From contig CAWDVW010000007.1 in assembly GCA_963805855.1 (NCBI GenBank), positions 663,605 through 727,604 of the forward strand: a stretch of DNA of 64,000 nucleotides, written 5' to 3'. Within the stretch, counting starts at the first letter, position 1, and the number at the start of each line of letters is the position of its first letter. This document shows, one piece after another, positions 59,688 to 64,000 of the stretch. The position numbers were made by a program, and so were the translations under genes. The DNA comes from Candidatus Dadabacteria bacterium (GTDB lineage: Bacteria; Desulfobacterota_D; UBA1144; Nemesobacterales; CSP1-2). Below the pieces are notes generated by a model. It searched no databases and was not told the DNA's origin. It saw nothing but the letters and a program-made list of their open reading frames with translations.

Positions 59688-59946
59688 AATTGTTTTTCTC
59701 TCCCTTCGTAGCCAACCTGGCGCTAATAATGCGTATATTATCCCCTCTATCCGTGTGAATTACAACTATTATCCTAAATTTGGCAGATAAACCAATTGTC
59801 ACATATCTTTCCTCCTTATTTGAATGTATAGGATCTTGGATAGTCAATGAAAGGGGATCTCCAAATACCGTTGAGGCCTCTTCAAAAGGTACTCCGTGCT
59901 TTTTAATATTGGAAACAGCTTTCCGTTTATCCCACTCAAATTTCAT
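59671..59946 (-). CDS. BrnT family ribonuclease toxin
   Basis: FEWD..K...N.KKHGV.FEEA, EERY..IG and IRIISAR. Confidence 0.93.
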   Translation of the reverse strand: MKFEWDKRKAVSNIKKHGVPFEEASTVFGDPLSLTIQDPIHSNKEERYVTIGLSAKFRIIVVIHTDRGDNIRIISARLATKGEKNNYEKGI

Positions 59947-60087
59947 GTATTAAGATTAGTATAGATTATCGGCCTTGGGAAATTTTGATATATAATTATT
60001 TTTGATAGAACCTAATTTTACAAAATAATGATTGCCCCTATACTTTACTTTTTCACGAAAATTCTGACCCGGTTCGGTTTCCCTCCA

Positions 60088-60133
60088 GGATTCCCCGCCA
60101 GACACATGCGCGGACAAGCGTTATCGGGAATCC
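60088..60133. repeat. REP-like palindrome
   Basis: GGATTCCC...GGGAATCC arms, related to the unit at 59056. Confidence 0.55.
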
Positions 60134-60192
60134 ATTTTGTCTTGTTCCGAGTTCCGAAATTCTCAATTCTGTAATATAATAAGTACAATCCC

Positions 60193-60336
60193 ATGTGCGA
60201 CCAGGTGCTAATAGCTGCAATTCTCAACGAATTGGGATACTTCGACGAGAAGAAGGAAAAGGACAAGGAAGAGGAAGTTCGCGATGAGGAAAGTAGCAAA
60301 GATCGTTTAAAAAATAGCGGGGAAGAACAAAAATAA
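60193..60336 (+). CDS. Putative 47-aa highly charged microprotein (not in the ORF track)
   Basis: MCDQVLIAAILNELGYFDEKKEKDKEEEVRDEESSKDRLKNSGEEQK*; degenerate paralog at about 59318-59436. Confidence 0.45.
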   Translation: MCDQVLIAAILNELGYFDEKKEKDKEEEVRDEESSKDRLKNSGEEQK

Positions 60337-60404
60337 ATGAAAAATATTGTGAATCTTAGCTTGACACCACTGTAACTGGTATAAGGTGTAGTGATCCAGG
60401 TAAA

Positions 60405-61160
60405 ATGCCCAATAAAATAACCCCAATGCCAGAGGCCATTGAAAACGGTATGTTGATTCCGACATTGGATCGACAAGGATGGATCTGGTTGTACGAGGAC
60501 GAAATAACGAAAGCTTATATAGACTATTCTGAGCAGACAAAGGGGACGATGCTTGAGATCGGGGCGGGGTACGGACATATAGTCTTAAAGGTTCTGGACA
60601 AGGGTGCCAGAGTTATAGCTAATGACATTTCGGACGACCAACTTGACATTATTAAAAACAGGGTTCCAAGGGATCAGCAGCCAAGGTTAAAGATTCTTGA
60701 GGGAAGATTTCCTGAAGAGACAGATATTCCTGAGAAATCTATAGATGGCGTTTTAGTCTCCCGTGTGTTTCATTTTTTCGAGGGAGTAAAAATCAGAAAA
60801 AGTCTGCATAAGGTAAACCGATGGTTGAGGAAGGGGGGCAAGATTTTTATAGTTGCCGATTCGGTTTATAGAACTATATTTAAGGAACTCATTCCGACTT
60901 ATGAGAAACGTGTTACCGAAGGTGTTGAATGGCCAGGTTTAATCGGCGATATTCGCAAGTTTATTCCAAGGGATAAACTTAATCCTAAGACTCAGCCAAA
61001 AATGATGAACTTTCTGGATCCGAATATCTTGAGACGTGAATTGTCCTATGCTGGTTTTAAAGTTGAGATTTCTTCCTTTCTTAAATATCCATGTGATCCT
61101 GAATTTGCAAGGTTGGACGGCAGGGAAATTTCTGCTGCGATAGGCGTTAAAGAATATTAA
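60405..61160 (+). CDS. Class I SAM-dependent methyltransferase
   Basis: MLEIGAGYG motif I, IANDIS and WLRKGGKIF. Confidence 0.85.
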   Translation: MPNKITPMPEAIENGMLIPTLDRQGWIWLYEDEITKAYIDYSEQTKGTMLEIGAGYGHIVLKVLDKGARVIANDISDDQLDIIKNRVPRDQQPRLKILEGRFPEETDIPEKSIDGVLVSRVFHFFEGVKIRKSLHKVNRWLRKGGKIFIVADSVYRTIFKELIPTYEKRVTEGVEWPGLIGDIRKFIPRDKLNPKTQPKMMNFLDPNILRRELSYAGFKVEISSFLKYPCDPEFARLDGREISAAIGVKEY

Positions 61161-61435
61161 TATTGAACAAACGGTTGCGTCCCCTTTGTTTTTCTCAAAA
61201 ACCGGTCTTAGGGTAAAGTACAACAAAACAAAGAGTCAGTAATAGTTAAAATGTATACCAAATATTCCTTGAGACTTGTTCCCAAGCGCTAACAATTTAC
61301 TCTATTCAGAGACTTGCGTAATTATAGAACAGGTTAGACACCACAGGTAATCCGGTCGCCTATGATTAAAGAAACTGCACAGAGATCATCATGCAAAGGG
61401 AATAATACTGAATTTTGAATCAATATTATATTAGT

Positions 61436-63156
61436 TCATTTTACAGTTAGATTGTTTTTTATATACGAAACAAACTCTTTGGATTTTGCCAACCTGTCTA
61501 ATGACCAATCTTTTTGGCTCATATATTGTTTTGCCAAATTGACAGTCTCTTGCGTTGCAGAGTTAATGATATCTTCAGTCAACTCCTCTATTTTTATTTT
61601 CATTAAGTCTGGAGTATCGTAATCTATCGTTTTTAATATCTTCATCATGCAAACCATACAGATGTGAAATTTTAGATTGCTTTTTTCCTGAATGCTATAT
61701 TGCAGTAATTTATTCCTTGAGATATTTTCAATCTGTCTGGCAGCTTGAGCACAGAATAGAAATAGTTCCGGTCGAATGGAACTATCAAAGACCTTCGAAT
61801 ATTCCTCGCTCTTCTTTATCAGTGATGATGGCCTAGCTCTGGCATTATCAGGCTGCTGGAGGTTTATTGCCATCATACATTGCGCCATATATGGTATACT
61901 GATAATCTTGTTTAAGGGTTTGCCAATATTTTTATAATAATTTTTCCTTCTGTCGTAGTACCAATCAAACTTCTTGAAATAATCTTCAATATCTCTCTGA
62001 ATTTTGTCGGTTGCTTTTAAGGATGCCGGGGGAATAGAAGTTTGAAAATTAGTAGCTTTGATAATCTTATCTTTGGCACTGCTATCTCCCATTACAATTA
62101 TCTTCACGAGAAGTGACCGTTTTTCGTCCCAGTCGCTTAGGCCATCTCCATCATATTTCTTAGATTTAATATAATCATATAAACATTGTGTTGTCTGCAA
62201 ACCATTAACTATCTGAACGTCATCTAAATTTATCATTTTCCCCGAGATACTAGCTTTAGAAGCTAGAATAGTAATCCCATTATTTAGCCACCAAAAATCC
62301 AAAGAATCTTCATTTTTCAAAGTGTCAATTATATCCTTATTTACCTCTATCAAACCTTGAAAATCTCTAACATTTGCATCGAAGATATATTTTCTTAAGT
62401 TCCCATTTTTGGTCTGTGACGAAACTGAAATAATCCGGCAACGAACACAGGACTACGTAAACTCCTTTCCCTTTGGAAAGAAAAGGTTTCGACAAATTTG
62501 AGTGCAGTGTGTATGTTTTTTCTATCCTGGATAAGTCTAATAATTCCCGCGCCCCCAAAAAATTCACTTCAACGTTGAAACCTGAAAATGAATCCAGATC
62601 GTTCATTTAAGAGTCTCGGACTTGTTCGATATCTTTGGATGGATGTCATTTGTGTCTCCTTTGCAGGCATAGAAAACTTAATTCTCAGGTTGGGGTGCTT
62701 AAAGCCAGCGTTAAGTAGGCCTCCCGAAATAGTGTAATTTTTTCAACTACATCCTCATTATAAAAGCTTCTCAACGCCTTCATATCTTTTTTTAAGTCAA
62801 AAAGCTCTTTTATTGAAGAAATCGCCTTGTCCAAAGCTTGCTCTTTAAAGGAACTCTCTTTTTTAGATTGGACAAGAAATATTTCAATCAAAGGATTTTT
62901 TCTGTAGTTTCAGAAAAGGACGGACTCAGTTACTAATTCATTATTTATCATAAGATATATGCTATCGAACCCACCGTCATCGCCTCCGCTCGTTCTTCCC
63001 ATTAATAGCTCATCATAAGATAAATCATAATCCTTTAGAATTTGTTCGAAGGTGAAAATCTCAAAATAATCAGCCTGGGATATAGAATCTTCTGTAAATT
63101 CTTTGCTTTTGTTCGAGAACACTATTTAAGATTATGATATCGTTAGCTGCAACCAT
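61436..63156 (-). pseudogene. AIPR (abortive infection phage resistance) family gene broken by several frameshifts
   Basis: Fragments in different frames carry DGGFD, IFDANVRDFQG, FWWLNNGITI, IVNGLQTT and ATNFQ; ATG at 63156. Confidence 0.85.
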
Positions 63157-63277
63157 GTTAATCCTTGCCTAGTTTATCTATGTAATATTTAAGATTTTGC
63201 TTTGGGAAGAATTGTAACTGTTTAATTAAGCTCTAGGCAAGCTGTATTTGTTGCCAATATCATCATAACTTTTGATG

Positions 63278-63299
63278 CGGGACAAAATCGGGACAAAAT
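63278..63299. repeat. 11-bp direct repeat resembling integrase arm-type sites
   Basis: CGGGACAAAAT x2, about 120 bp from the tRNA fragment. Confidence 0.65.
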
Positions 63300-63416
63300 A
63301 CAGCCAAAACCAGCCCAAATAGAACAGTTCCAGACCACTCAAAAACCTCAATATAAGCCAATAATATCACCTACTTACTAATAAAATCAAGTGCTTATGG
63401 AAGATTGTAAAATCGG

Positions 63417-63452
63417 ATTACGAGTGCGCTTCTACCGCTGAGCTACGGCGGC
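63417..63452 (-). pseudogene. 5' half of tRNA-Thr(CGT), att-site-like remnant
   Basis: GCCGCCGTAGCTCAGCGGTAGA--AGCGCACTCGTAAT, then no 3' anticodon stem, T-arm or acceptor strand. Confidence 0.75.
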
Positions 63453-63851
63453 TTTTTAAATGATTACAGAAGGTTACAGGTAATTCTAAAATTAATTTCA
63501 TTGCTAGGAAATTGCTACGGTTGCATATGAAAAACTCGAAATATTAGAAATTGAATTTGAATAAATATACCTGAAACGACTAGAATATAGAATCTCGATC
63601 AACATTATCTGGGATTGAATTTTAAGATTGCACTGCTACCCTTTAGTTAAGCTGGGTTAAGTTGGGAATATCGACAGAGGTAACTATCCTTCATGACCTC
63701 CAGCATAGATGATTTTCTCTCAAAAATCTAACTTAACTTATGGACCTAAATTCGGGGGCTTGACACTAGTTTTTGGTTTTTCTGACACTGTTCAAGAGTG
63801 CTGATTAGAAGTCCTCATCTGCAGCATTTAATTTCTTAGCTTCATCTTGAG

Positions 63852-64000
63852 CTAGTGATTTTCTTCTTCATCATCGTGATCGACCGCAGGAAGTTCAATG
63901 ACTTTGTTATAGTGTTCAATTGCCTTTTCTTTATTCCCTAATTCTTCGTAAGTCCTTGCAAGATCATAGTGAACATAAGGACTCTCTGGGCTTAAATCTA
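63852..64000 (-). CDS. C-terminal end of a TPR-repeat protein (runs off the window edge)
   Basis: ...SPESPYVHYDLARTYEELGNKEKAIEHYNKVIELP... fits the TPR pattern; TAG at 63852. Confidence 0.65.
   Translation of the reverse strand, partial: DLSPESPYVHYDLARTYEELGNKEKAIEHYNKVIELPAVDHDDEEENH

Noticed and set aside
1163-61226. Numerous 60-200 aa ORFs antisense to or nested within confident genes (e.g. 1163-1588, 14167-14778, 45668-46156, 60045-60578)
   Set aside because: Shadow ORFs with no motifs, lying opposite or within better-supported genes.
63380-63452. Functional tRNA-Thr gene
   Set aside because: No 3' anticodon stem, T-arm or acceptor 3' strand, and the D-arm has a deletion.

Overview
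Chromosomal window from a moderately AT-rich, two-membrane bacterium; the gene content looks deltaproteobacteria-like, but this is an inference. Left third is mostly housekeeping: RNB exoribonuclease, pyrG, rdgB, rph, tmRNA (tag AEPINALAA), smpB, dtd, and an alr-unknown-mlaEFD-ParB-like operon. Next come a VWA gene, an MFS transporter, a porin/FMN-binding/membrane-protein operon with a clear sigma70 promoter and overlapping operator, ispH, a nitrilase, a DEAD-box helicase whose RBS is hairpin-sequestered, a deletion-fused pair of gene remnants, an M1 peptidase-ChaN-PDZ fusion and ubiE/menG. A ~9.6-kb minus-strand UV/oxidative-stress cluster follows (DUF523/DUF1722, uvsE, SDR, SRPBCC, bcp, TIGR01777, pdxH, ndh, photolyase). 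The right part holds a Tat-exported vanadium haloperoxidase, ppc, an LLM oxidoreductase and a decaying island (BrnT with frameshifted antitoxin, AIPR pseudogene) next to a 5'-half tRNA-Thr att-like scar. The most striking unannotated structure is a non-autonomous MITE present in two copies (44232-44581 and 52731-53119). It has 25-bp terminal inverted repeats and 5-bp target duplications (one perfect, one degenerate). Both copies sit at the same position of one REP-like palindrome family, the MITE itself carries REP-like hairpins, and one copy has been invaded twice by ~20-bp mini-hairpins. No CRISPR array, rRNA or intact tRNA was seen. All family assignments come from motif recognition by eye, not database searches.
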